The notes beneath the pieces are model-generated. The model searched no databases. It saw only the letters and a list, made by a program, of their open reading frames with translations, and had not been told where the DNA came from. Shown in pieces: positions 11,729 through 61,031 of a stretch of DNA of 64,000 nt; positions within the stretch are counted from its first letter, which is position 1, and the number at the start of each line of letters is the position of its first letter. The stretch is from Callorhinchus milii. Its lineage: Eukaryota. The stretch is taken from contig NW_024704743.1 of assembly GCF_018977255.1 (NCBI RefSeq), positions 102,674,001-102,738,000 of the forward strand, written 5' to 3'. The translations under genes were made by a program, and so were the position numbers.

Positions 11729-13532
11729 CATTCAGGGTACACTGGTGTTTTTCTTCACATGAGCCAGTCTAATGCCAGTCTCACACTCGCTCCTCGCTTG
11801 CTCTGTGAATGAGAGAGTAATTGGTGTTTAAATCATAGAATTTAATATTCTGAAGCCCAAACATTCTCATGGGTTAGAATGAATACCATTCTCTTCAAAA
11901 CATGACAATGCAACATTTTGGGGATTTTAAATTCTGTCTTATTTGGAGCACTTTTCTGAAGTTTTGCATCCAAATGAAGGCAAAATTGAGATATCCAAAA
12001 TGTTGCATAATCTTACATTTTAAGACAAAAGTGTCTTAAAGTTAAGACCCTGATGCTTTTGCAGGCCTCACATGACTCAACTGCGTGTTATTGTCAAATA
12101 CTAAATGGAAATTGAATTGTCAAAGTCGGTAGCAAACATAACTTCCTATTGAAGTGGTTAATGCAGCATAAGATGCTTGTAATTGCTTAATAAAAATAAA
12201 ATGTCCACCAACTAAATGAGAAGTTTTGTACTTGTGATCACTTGCAGTTTTACAATCCTGGTGACAAGTCACCTTCATCTTCAGGTAGAGATATGCCATT
12301 CTACTGGTGACATTCTAAGCAAATGTCTTTGCAGGTTCTAGACCAACAATCCACATAGTCATTACTTCTGACCCAGAGATCCATTAGGGAGAGAGTTAGT
12401 CATGCTGAACATTTTTTGTGTGATAAATGTGCACCTGAATTTGACAAAGCAGCACTTAGCTTCAAGTTTCAAGATACAATTGTCTTGTGGAGAATATATA
12501 AAGACTTATGAGGCGTGAGAGTTGGAGAATGAAGGTCATCTCCACCAATGAATTATCAGTTTCAGTGCAAAAAGACAAACTTTTTCCATCACAGCTTTGA
12601 CCAAGTTCATGAGTGTTTTTTTTTGCTGGAGGTAAATATCTTTCTGTATACTTTTTTTGTAGTTAGCCAGCTGACTGATACAGAAACTCATGACCATGCT
12701 TAAGAGAGTTAAAACCACACTGAGATTTCCACGTGTATGTGTTGCTTGTGCATAGACGTTTTACTGTGTAGGGAATTGAATGCACTTACCTAATTCCAGA
12801 GAGTGTTAGGCACTGGTTGGTGATATTCAAGGTTTGAGAATCCCAGATAATGTCTTGCAGCGCTGTTGGAGTTTAACCTGCCAATGCTGCATTGCTTGTC
12901 ATTGAGAGTACTGTATGGCAAATTTCCAATTGCTTCTCCAACTAGGACCACTCTATCAATTAGAGGTTTGATTTGCAGGTTCAATAGGAGACAGGTGATT
13001 CCAAAGACTCTAAAAGTCAAAACAAGTTGAAGCACAGAGAGTATTTATTTAGTATAGAAAACTTATCCAACACAAATAGAAAACTAAGGAAGCAATTTTG
13101 AAATTAAGGGGGATATATTTGTCAATAAGATAAGGAGCCTCTTGAAGAACTGCTCCAGATGAAAAGTGAAGGGTGTTTCTTCCAGTCTCCTAACGAACGA
13201 TCCCCAGTACAGCCATTTACTTCATGGCTGTTTGTGGGACATTGTTGTGCACATATTGATAGCTGTGTATAACTATAAAACACACAGTCACTACACTTTA
13301 TAGTATAATCTGCAAAGCATTTTGAGATATCCTCCCAACATGAAAGATGTATGTAAACAAAAAATGTAAACATTAATATTATTAATAAGCTTGTAACCAT
13401 CTCCATAATTAACACGTCAACATTTACTTTAGCTCATTGCACTTTTCCCCACTGCTGTCAATAATATTGCTGATGCTTACTGCCAGTGGTGGAAATTAAG
13501 GACCATCATTTTAGCAACACCAGACAGTGATT

Positions 13533-13680
13533 ATAGAATCATAGAATTGTACAGCACAGAAGAAGGCCATTCGGCCCATTGTGTCTGTGCTGGCTCTTTG
13601 AAAAGAGCTATCCAATTCAATCCCATTCCCCTGCGCTCTCCCTATAGCCCTGCAAACTTGTCCACCCCAAATAATTATCT
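13533..13680 (-). mobile_element. CR1 3' end fragment
   Basis: atagaatcatagaattgtacagcacagaagaaggccattcggcccat is the reverse complement of the CR1 tail type at 5290-5337. Confidence 0.85.
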
Positions 13681-15164
13681 ATTTGATGTTGTAATATTTT
13701 CTCCTCTGAAGTGAAGGAAATTTTGAAAATGATTCATTTTAGTGTGAAAGCTTTCTTGATGTGCATTCTTGAGAAATTTCATATGATGGTAAGATGGTAG
13801 AAACCAATGACAATGTAGTATCAATTAAAATCTTTGCATTTGTTATTGCACTTTCCAAGTCAGGAGGACATCCCAAAACACTTCACAGGATGTACTTAAA
13901 GTGGAGTAACTGTGTGTTTTGTAGATGACAATTGGCGCATTGCAATGTCCCACAAATAGCCATGTAGGACCTGAAAATAGACCTGTGGTCCATTTGGCAA
14001 TCCCAAAAGTAAAAATGAATAGAAAAATGTGACATTTCATGATAAATTTTATGCAATCTGTTTTGGAAATATTGGACTTTTAGCCCCAATATTTTTGTTC
14101 CAAGAAAATCAAGAATCCAGCACTACTACAACACTGAATAAATGTCTTCATTAGAGAATTATTAAATAATCTCTTCTTAAATTTGCTAAAACAATCTGCC
14201 TCCATCGCCATCCTAGATAGTCTATTCCACATATTCACATTTCTAGTGAAGTGATTTAATCTAACTTGTCTGTCATCTTCTCTCTTTGAAAGGCAGTCTG
14301 TGTCCGCCTGTTCTTGACCACTTGACTGCATTGAAGGAAAATTCCACTTGGGTCTTGACTTACACTTTTTCATAACTTTTCAGAGTATCCAAAATTTAGC
14401 AAAATCTAAACACAATCGTAATTTAAAATGCTGGATACTCTGACATGACAAGAAAATAAAGTGAATCTCAGTGGAATTTTGGAATCTAAAATGCAACCAT
14501 TTCAAACTGATTTTCTAAATTAAAGAATTAGTATGCACACTATGCTGTCTCCTAAGCTCTCGCCAAAATCTATTGACTCAAGGAGCCAAATTTCCATGCA
14601 GCAGCATGATGTGGATGATGTATTCCCAATCAACGGAAAAAGTTCTGACCTAGATTCCTGAATTAAGGAATCCTGTTTGAAATCACCATGTTTTAGATCC
14701 CATTTTTAGGGATCTCCTTAAGTCTTTTGGATAATGAATCATTGAAAAAATCTCATTTTAGTTTGAAAATTCCCTCCTATCTAGCCTCTCCTTATAAATC
14801 ACGCACTTAAATCCTGCTATCAATCTTGCTGCCCTTCACTGTACACTTTCCAATGCCAAGACAAAGTGATGTGGAGTATCTGTGTTCAATGGAGTGGCTC
14901 GATAAAACTTGCACCTGGTGAATTCCTGATTTCTACTGGATGGTCACTGAGGAGGTGAGTAGGTGCAGAGTAAAGGTGATTCTCCACAGACTATTTGTGT
15001 TATCTCATCTGTTTAATGTGGTTTCTGATGGCCAGCTAAGTAATAGCAATAACATTGGACTTTAAAGAGGCTGCCTTTTCAGTTGACCCAGGAATTAGGT
15101 TGTTTGAAGAATTCAAAGTATGAGAGAGAATACTTTATGATATGGTTTCCATAGCTCCAATATA

Positions 15165-15450
15165 ATGAGTTGCACCTTTCAGATCAGGAGGATGTCCTAA
15201 AGCGTTTCACAGGAATTACTGTACAGTACAGCAACTTTATTTGCAGGCAAACACAGCTACAAATGTGTGCATAGCAATGCCCTATAAGCAGCCATGAAGT
15301 GAATGATCAATTTTATTTTCCTTTCGCCCAGGACATGGGGAGAAACTTCATTCTCATTTCAAATAGTACCACAGAATCTTTAACGTCCACCTTAACACAG
15401 CAATGGAATCTTGGTTTAACATCTCATCTGAAGGGCAGTACCTCTGATAA
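15165..15450 (-). mobile_element. Old DeuSINE-like relic
   Basis: Tail plus ttcaaatagtacc...atctttaacgtccac...ggtttaacatctcatctgaa. Confidence 0.7.
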
Positions 15451-15639
15451 GGCCTGGTATTAGAATGTGTTTAATACTGTGTGAAAATACAGGAGCGGAA
15501 ATGCTCCCATTAATTTGCACACTGAAATATGGACTAGCAGCAATATCACATGCATTATGCAGTGATCATCACCATTCCCATTGTCCTTTGTTTGACATTT
15601 AATGGCCTAATTTCAGCAGTTTTTTTAAAAAAAGAATGA

Positions 15640-15860
15640 TACTATCGTCCTGTTTGAAAAGAGAAAGGAGTTTCTCCCAGTGTCCCGATCAATCAGATAA
15701 ACTTGGTCATTCACTGACCATTGCTGTTTCTGGGACATTGCTGTGCACAAATTTGCTGTTGTTTGCCTTCAAAAACACATTCAATAAATCACTACATGCT
15801 GCAGAGCACTTTGAAACATCCTTCTGATATGAAATGTGCTGTATCAAATACAAGAATTAT
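15640..15860 (+). mobile_element. Old DeuSINE-like relic, 3' half
   Basis: ggagtttctcccagtgtcc...gggacattgctgtgcacaaattt...tgtatcaaatacaagaattatt. Confidence 0.65.
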
Positions 15861-15967
15861 TGTTAGTAACATGACCCAATTCATTTTTCATGTTATTTTG
15901 TTAAGATTATTAAAAATGAAATCTAACACTGAAATCTAATAATCTAATTATTAAAAATGAAATCTAA

Positions 15968-16114
15968 TTCTTGTGGATAAAGGGATTAAGGGATATGGGG
16001 ATAAGGCGAGTAGGTGGAGTTAGAACAGATCAGCCATAATTTTATTGAATGACGGGGCAGGCTAGACGGGCCGACTGGCCTACTGCTGCTCCTAATTCTT
16101 ATGTTCTTATGTTC
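15968..16114 (+). mobile_element. CR1 3' end fragment with (TTCTTATG)n tail
   Basis: aagggatatggggataaggcg...gggccgactggcctactgctgctcctaattcttatgttcttatgttct. Confidence 0.85.
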
Positions 16115-16660
16115 TAATACTATGTAAGTATTGTGCTTTTGTGGGTTAAAATCAAAGCGAAACAGCCAGGATATATTTGTGGAATAAAATGACTGCTAAA
16201 AACATATTTTTTAAACCACAGTTGGTTCCCAAATATTACTTAATTTTGTGCTTGCAATCATACAAAGTTGTATTTACACCAAAATGACATTTTCTTTTCT
16301 ATCCCCGTTCTCTTTTCAAAGGTCTACTTTCCATTTCACATATCACCATTCCTGACAAAACAAACAGAAAATTAGCTCTGAGATATGTCAATGTACTGTG
16401 CCAAATAAAGGCAGAATATAAGTTTGGACTGGAAATTTTCCTCCCTCAGCTGTCATTGAATGAATGATTGATAAGTCACTCCAGGTTTGTTTAACAAGCT
16501 TGTGCATCTTTGCAGGGCTCTAAATAGTCAGTTGTTTTCCCCACCTTGTTGGTGGGATCAATGTTCTAATCTAGTTGAAAAATGCTTTCATGAAAAAAGA
16601 GAACTTACATTTTTTTTCTAATGATTCTTCAATCAAATCAGGTAAACATTTCAAATTGTT

Positions 16661-16876
16661 AACAACAACAACAACAAGATTACATTTGTATAGCGTCTTT
16701 CACGTTGGGATGACGTCCCAAGCTGCTGGACATTGTACAGCATTTCAGACCCGAGCTGGGGTCAGGGGTGGAGAAGGGAGGGGAATGGGAAGGGGGGTGG
16801 CCGATGGTATGGTCGAAGATGAGGGTCTTGAGCCGGGACTTGAAGGAGCTTAAGGAGAGGGTGAGGCGGAGTGATT
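16661..16876 (-). mobile_element. L2 3' fragment
   Basis: (CAA)n tail, gcgtctttcacgttgggatgacgtcccaag stem-loop, purine-rich body like 33646-33880. Confidence 0.8.
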
Positions 16877-18386
16877 GATTAAATTTAATTAATTTAATTA
16901 ATTAAGTGGAGTGATTAAAATTAAACACTTTAATCCCAACCAAATGACCACTGGTCCAAATCCTACTGGGTTTCCTATTACATATACATGCCTACTTTAA
17001 AAATGTGTCCAATCACACAGCACAATTCATAAACTTTGTCTTAAATCTGCAGGACAGTATTCATTGAAATCTAAATGGAAGATCTTTAGTGGTGCTTATG
17101 TTCGTAAGGAGACAAGGGTCATAAAAAAATCTGCAAATAAACAACTGTTTTCATTGCCATAACAATGTTATAAAACGGCCTGTGTGCTTTTATTCCATTA
17201 TTGTTCTTGCATAAATTTGTCTTCTCCATCTGCCCTCTAATTCCAAATAATATACTTGGCTTTTTTAGCTCTGTGCAAAGCGAATGATGAGATGCAATGA
17301 TGATTCATTTGCTGGTACTAAATTAATAGCATCTGGGGGTAAACACTGAGCATTAAGTAGTCATTGGTCAGCAGAACTTTTATAAGGCAGTGCTATACAC
17401 TTCCAATGCCAGACACAAGGTAAACAATCATCTTTGCACCAACAGTACAGTTTTGTTTTCTAACCTTGCACATGTCAACCATTGATTTGCGATGTCAAAC
17501 ATCTGCTTGGCCACTTTCCTTTCACACATAAGCCAACATGTTCTTGTTACAGTCTGTCTTTCCAAATTGTAACAATGATCTTTGCTATTTCCTGTGTGAT
17601 TCCTGGCAGCAGGTCAATTACTGACACCTGCTCCATGCATCAGTTATGCCAGAAAGCAATCAAAATATGATTCAGTCCCTGGATTTTTTGCAGTTCAACA
17701 TTTTCCTCTCACACCCTTTAACCAATGTCATAGCATTGTCTTAAATAACACAAGAGAAGAATACTGGTGTCAAGCCTCCATTCCCACTTTTCAGAAATGC
17801 TTCAACAGAACAATACTTACAGAAACATCAAGACAAGAACAAGAAGACACAGATTTAGAGTTGCAATTCAGGACAGACATCGTGGAGTGTTCTTTATCCA
17901 GAGAGAAATTAATGACTAAAAGGATGGTTGAGAACAGGACGGTGAGACCAAAAATAGTTTTGATGCTGCAATTGGAAGATGGTAGGGTGGGTGTTTGGAT
18001 CAGATCAAAAGGACTGAAGGACTTTCTTCATCCAAACATCTGTTGTGATCTTGATTCACTCTTGCTGCTGAAGATTGAAATTCAGTACTAGAGACCAATG
18101 AATACCTTCAGCTATCAACAGGGTGGAATTTTCAACAGGGTTGCAATTTTCACTCTCTCCCATTTCAAACTCTCTCACTTGGGTTTTACTTGTGGTGACT
18201 CAAGCCCAGGAGATGTCATTTGAGTGACTTCTCCCACTAACTGTATGGGCCAGGGTGACATGCTTCCAGTTTCTAGAAAAGGTCACATCTTGGGGAAAAT
18301 TGCTGTTAATGGCAGCAATGCTGAGAATGACACTAAAATCTGACAAATCACACATTATTTGAAACCAATGATACCCTGGGGCGGGA

Positions 18387-18417
18387 TGTGTGTGTGTGTG
18401 TGTGGGGGGGGGGGGGT
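18387..18417. repeat. (TG)n followed by poly-G
   Basis: tgtgtgtgtgtgtgtgt then a run of G. Confidence 0.9.
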
Positions 18418-18991
18418 GGTTAGTGGGGCAGAGAGGTGCTGAGAATTAAAAACTGATAATCCTTTTATTAGCTCAGTCTCACAATATTCTGTCCCATTTG
18501 AGTGGACATACATCATGCCAGGTCCCCACTTGGAATCTTTATTACAACATTTCTATTATAAATGGCCACACATCAGACACAATTGATACCCATGGCCACA
18601 GGACTGGTATGCCCATAATTAAATAAAACGAGTGATGTGGTTGGAGGTAGACTGAAAAGAAACACCACAGTTTTGCCACAAAACATATGTGGGATGAAAT
18701 TTGTAGCTGTTTATGGAAATTATCACATAGACTATGTTATGAAATGGCATTGATTTTGTTTTGTTGTTTCAAAGACTAAAATACAATTATTTATCCACTT
18801 TGCCCCATTGATAGCATTCATTGCAGAAAAAAAGATATTCATTTCTGTGACAGATTCTAAATGGTTTCATCACAGTTTCCTGATTGATCCCAAAGGTGTC
18901 AATAATGTCCTGCAGTCACATATATCTTTTGTGGGACAAATAGCCTGCATTTACTACTGCAATGAAATGATATCTTTCCACAGGAAATTAT

Positions 18992-19311
18992 TAATAATAA
19001 TAATAATAATCCTTGCATTTGATATAGTGCTTTTCACGTCGGGAAGATGTCCCAAAGCGCTTCACAGAACACACTGTAAAGTGAATTGACTGTATATTTG
19101 TGGGCGAACGTGGCAGCCAATTGCACACAGCAATGTCCCACAAACAGTCGTAGATTGAAAATGACCAATTTATCATTGTTTTTGGTTTTGGAGGAATTAT
19201 TATTAGGCGTGTGGAGTAAGGAAACTTGCCCAAGGTTTCGCCCTGCCTGGAATTAAACTCAGGTCTCTCACTTGCAAAGCGAGTGCTCTAACCACTGAGC
19301 TACAGGATTCC
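18992..19311 (-). mobile_element. tRNA-derived SINE, full length, young
   Basis: Near-identical reverse complement of 44041-44362; attatt on both flanks (possible TSD). Confidence 0.93.
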
Positions 19312-20790
19312 ATTATTGTACAAATAGGAGCAGCTAATGTGTCAAAAACTCCTGAACATGCCTTAATACATTATTTCACAAGCTTTTTAAAAAGTTATCA
19401 TGTTGCATCTTCTCTGAAGTGTTTTGTTGAGGTTCACAGCAGTACTCACGGTCAGATGTTTAAAAACTGCATAATCTTGCAATAAATGAAAATGTTGTGC
19501 CTTTGTGTGGTTACAATGCATTGTTTTCAGCATTCAGTGTTTGTCTACAAATAAATACACAATCACTACACATAATTATATAGAGTAATACCACATGGAA
19601 ACATGCCATTCAGCCCTTCTAGTCCATGCTGGTGATTATACTCTGCACTAGGTTGATCATTGCTAGGTGGCAGTCTCGTGAATGTTCAAAAAGGGGAAGG
19701 AACGATAGAACTGCACATTATTGAGTCCAATTGAAAATGGATCCAGATGCAAAAAGTATAAACTTTAAACTGTAGTAAATATTGCTTCTGCATCTTGTTT
19801 TTATTGAGCACATGCAAGATATCATCAGACCCCTGCTCTACACAAACCCAAACCCTCCTATAACCTCACCTATACCCATCTAAAATCCTGTGAAGCGCTT
19901 GGAATGCGAAACCAATGTGAAAGACACTGTATCAAATACAAGGATTATTATTATATTGCGAGGATCTCAGGGGTGAAGGTTTGAGGGGCGAAGCCCATGT
20001 TGCCTTAAAGGTCTGAGCATGGCCTAAATGTTTCTCTCTATATCTCTGGGCTGCAGGATAGAGGTCCTTAGCCTTGGGAACCAGGGAGCCATGGGGCCTG
20101 GGTCCAAAGTTTGAGAGTGTCTAGATTGGTGGCTGGAGGGTGAGATTACAGGTATGTAAGGAATTGCAAATTGGCTGACTTATTTGTCTACAAAATACAC
20201 AGTCAATACACATCCAATACCACACAACTATACAATTAGCATTGATCCACAGTGAAACATTGGCTACCTAGACATATTTGGGGGGTGGGGTGGGAGGTCC
20301 CATCTGGCAAGGTAGGGGAGTGGGTGATGGGAGTCTACATGTGTGTGAGACAGATTTTTTTCAAATTTCCATTTGGGGCTCGGTTTGGCTAGGTATGAAT
20401 TCCAGATGCCAGAAGTCCAGCAAACCAGGGGGTTACTGCCCTGCCTTTATATAGGGAGGATATCCCATAGTACATTCATGGTGCTGGATGGGCACCCAAG
20501 ATATGGGTGGGAGTCGAGGGAGGTGAGGATGGGAAAAATGACAGAAAACACAGTCAAAGAGGTCAAGTCTTTAACAGGTTAGATGCGTATGACGAAATAA
20601 TATTATAAGCAGGCCAAATGGCCAATTTCCATGCTGTATCATTATGTTTATGGCATAAATAAATATTTAATCAAGAAAATTGATTTTGTTGGCTGACCAC
20701 TGTCCTATGTAATTTTATGTTCAGATAAAGTGTGCACATTCCATTAAAGACACAGGGAAATTTCCATGCAACTCTGGTTTGGATACTCTT

Positions 20791-20991
20791 ATAATCCTTG
20801 CATTTGATATAGCACCTTATCACATTTTTGAGACGTCTCAAAGTGCTTCACGGAAGATACTGTAAAGTGAATTGACTGTATATTTTGTGGGCGAAATGTG
20901 ACAGCCAATTGCGCACAGCAGTGGCCCACAAACAGTCATGGATTGAGTGCCAAATTATTTTTATTTATTTTGAATAAATTTGGAATGTTTA
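20791..20991 (-). mobile_element. SINE 3' half inserted into an unclassified repeat
   Basis: SINE tail and body; 9-bp TSD atactctta at 20783-20791 and 20992-21000. Confidence 0.85.
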
Positions 20992-21394
20992 ATACTCTTA
21001 AGCATGGTGATGGGTTTCCGCATGTGTCAGACACTCAGCTGACCAAATCAATCCTAATCAAGTAAATTATGATGCAAGGGGAGTGCGGGAACAGTAGTCT
21101 TTTGTTATTGAGTGTCTTTCATTGAGTGGCTTGAAAGGCTGCATTTATTAACAGTGTGATAATTGTCACCACTGCTAATTAACAATTGCAGGTTTCAATG
21201 TTCATCCTGGTGATTACAGAATCATTAGGGTAAAGCTGTAGTTTTTATCTTTCTCATTACAAAGAAAAAGCAAATGCTCTGATCTATTAATCGACCCACT
21301 TCATTCTATCTGTAACATATCAAGAGAAAAAAAACTTTAAATAAAAAGACCAGATCAACAGTATACAAGTTTCCAGGATAAGCAGAATACACAA

Positions 21395-21785
21395 TACAAT
21401 TTATATTTATACAGCGCTTTTCATGTTGAGAAGATGCCTCAAAACATTTCACACTGGGAACCCAAGCTTTGGGGAGGCGGAGCAGAGGGTAAAGGTGGCC
21501 AAAGGCATGGTCTAAAATATAGATTTAAAGGTGAGTTTATTTTAAAGCAGGAAAGGATGAAGCTGATGGACTGCAGGATGGAATTCCAGAGAGTGGGGTC
21601 AGAATAGCTGAAAGCTCAGATGGGGGGTGGGAGGGAGGGAGTGACATGAAGCAAGCTGGTATTTGCTGAGTTGAAGGAGTGGACTCGTAGGAACGAGGAC
21701 TTTGAATTTGATCCACTGGTGCCCAAGCAAGGATAAGGGTGACGGACTCATGTAGCCTGGTACTGGAAAGGACCCTGTAGAGAGT
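21395..21785 (-). mobile_element. Old L2 fragment immediately beyond the CSMD3 polyA region
   Basis: Tail atttatacagcgcttttcatg..., ggaattccagagagtggg, ggactttgaatttgatccactg (like the IxFKIL region). Confidence 0.7.
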
Positions 21786-21789
21786 ACTC

Positions 21790-21828
21790 TAAATAAACAA
21801 AATATACCAAAGCATTTAGCCATTTATT
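21790..21828 (-). terminator. Candidate polyadenylation signal AATAAA with downstream U/GU-rich element
   Basis: tttatt at 21823-21828 (AATAAA on minus), followed on minus by ctttggtatattttgtttattt; repeats resume immediately beyond. Confidence 0.6.
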
Positions 21829-23831
21829 TTTTTTACAATGTATTGAAAATTTACATCATAGATCCATACATTTTACAAATTTTTTTCATAAAAATATATT
21901 TCTTTACAAAAGAAATTTTTATGCATCTAATTATAATAAACATGATACAGAGGAGTAAAGAGATGTACGTGAAATTTGTTTCAGGTACAATTTAAGGTTT
22001 GTTCTAATTTCAGTGGACATACTTTGTTTATTGCAATCATTTAAAGAATACAAACCTGGGCAAGCAGGAAAGTACATAAGACAATTTAAGAAAAAACAAT
22101 TGCCATTAATTTTGATGCAGATTCAGATGCATTGCGAAATTCTTAATTTGAATGTATTTGACTTTTGTGGATTCAAGGTGAAGGGAGGATGGGGTTCTTA
22201 AAGCCCAGTACTAAGTTTTTGCCTGAAAAAAAGGAATAACACCCATAGGATTTATAATCTAGCAGTAACAACCTTAAATTCAGTTCATTTTTGGTAGGCA
22301 CACATTACAGTTACAACAATAATACTATCTCCATCTATGATTTTTTCATAAAATGAAACAGACTACTTTATTTTGATTGTTTCTCCGTTTTAATGCTTTT
22401 ATGCCAATCTTTCTCTGACAGAGACAAAACACCCTTTTTTGTGTGCATTCAGATGAGTTATGAACGTGAACAATGTCGAGTAGAGACAGAAGGTAGAGAC
22501 TTGTTGCTACTGCAATGTTTAGTGCGTCCCGCCTCTACTCTTTAAGGCAAATGTTAAAAAGGTGACCGATAGAAATTGCAGTAATTGTGTGGAGCAAGAC
22601 TGCAGGTAGCACAGCAAATTAAACATCTGAGCTCTCAGACAAATCACAATCACTCACTTCATACAAGAAATGCAGCTCATACCAGCAGACACACTTGCTA
22701 CGCACAAAATGTTCAAAGCATAGATATGCAATGGGAAAAAGTATGTGTGTTTGAAAATGAGAGAATTGGGCACAAAAAGCTGCCAGCTCTGGTGATACCC
22801 TCTGCAGTCGCAGTCTGCACATATAATTTTCCACCTGACAAACCTCAATCAGTTTCAAATAAAACTCAATGTGCTTGATATAATGGGCACACCTGTAATA
22901 TCATGGGCCTCGATAGTGCAAAACGCATGACATGCACATCATAGGTCACATTATGTTGAAAGCATCCTGACCCAACGGTAGTAAACATACATTATTGGAC
23001 AATAAATAAAATGATTTGCTGCATGTGTGTAAAAAAAACACAATTGAGCAATCAAATAATAAAGAAACATGCGACATATCATGCATATGTGTTACTTGAA
23101 AATATGAATATATAGTATAAATATTTCTCATTTTATTCTGTGGCACTACTTCAACATTTTGTACAAAGAATACAAATTCAAATCAAAAACATGAAAAAAA
23201 TTAAACAGATGAAGAGGTTTCCTGGGCAATCAAAAAGGACTGGTCATTCATGTTCTCTGGAAATCTGCTGAGTGAGTACATTGTTGGCTGCATTACAGTT
23301 CAGGTATTTAAAATTAGTTTTGCAGTTGTTCCTTATAAAGATTATTTTTTTTTACACACGAGAAAGCAAAACCTGTGACAATTGTGAATATACAGTACTT
23401 CATGGTCTTTGTTACATTTTCAGTGTTCCAACTTTCATGCCAAATTCCTAGCTCCAGTTGTATTGTGATGTTGGAAACAGAGGTCGAACGCTCTTTCAGT
23501 ATCTGCGGTACTCTTCTGAGAAGTTATTAGGATTTATCTTTTTTGAAAAAATTCTGGCTAAGCACTCTTGGAGTGCAGCTAAGGTTGCTGGAAAGGTCTC
23601 CAGCACAAGCACGAAGAGCAAATCTGTTCCAAACTGGATGAGCCACGAAAATCTGTTCTTTTCCGATTCTTCAGATTAATCTGACACATTGAATTCCTGA
23701 AAAGTGTGCTTTAAGTAGCAGTGGACCAAATGTGCATTGTACATAAGTGGGTTTTAGTCAAATTCTGGATGTTCCGAGGATGCAAAGCGCTAGATGTGTA
23801 TCAGGCTATGGAGTCAAACAATATTCCTGCC
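21805..23831 (-). other. CSMD3: CSMD3 3' UTR (about 2.0 kb, distal end inferred)
   Basis: Follows the stop codon, AU-rich, and free of the SINE/LINE copies that fill the flanks; ends near the candidate polyA signal. Confidence 0.65.
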
Positions 23832-61031
<37,200 letters not shown>

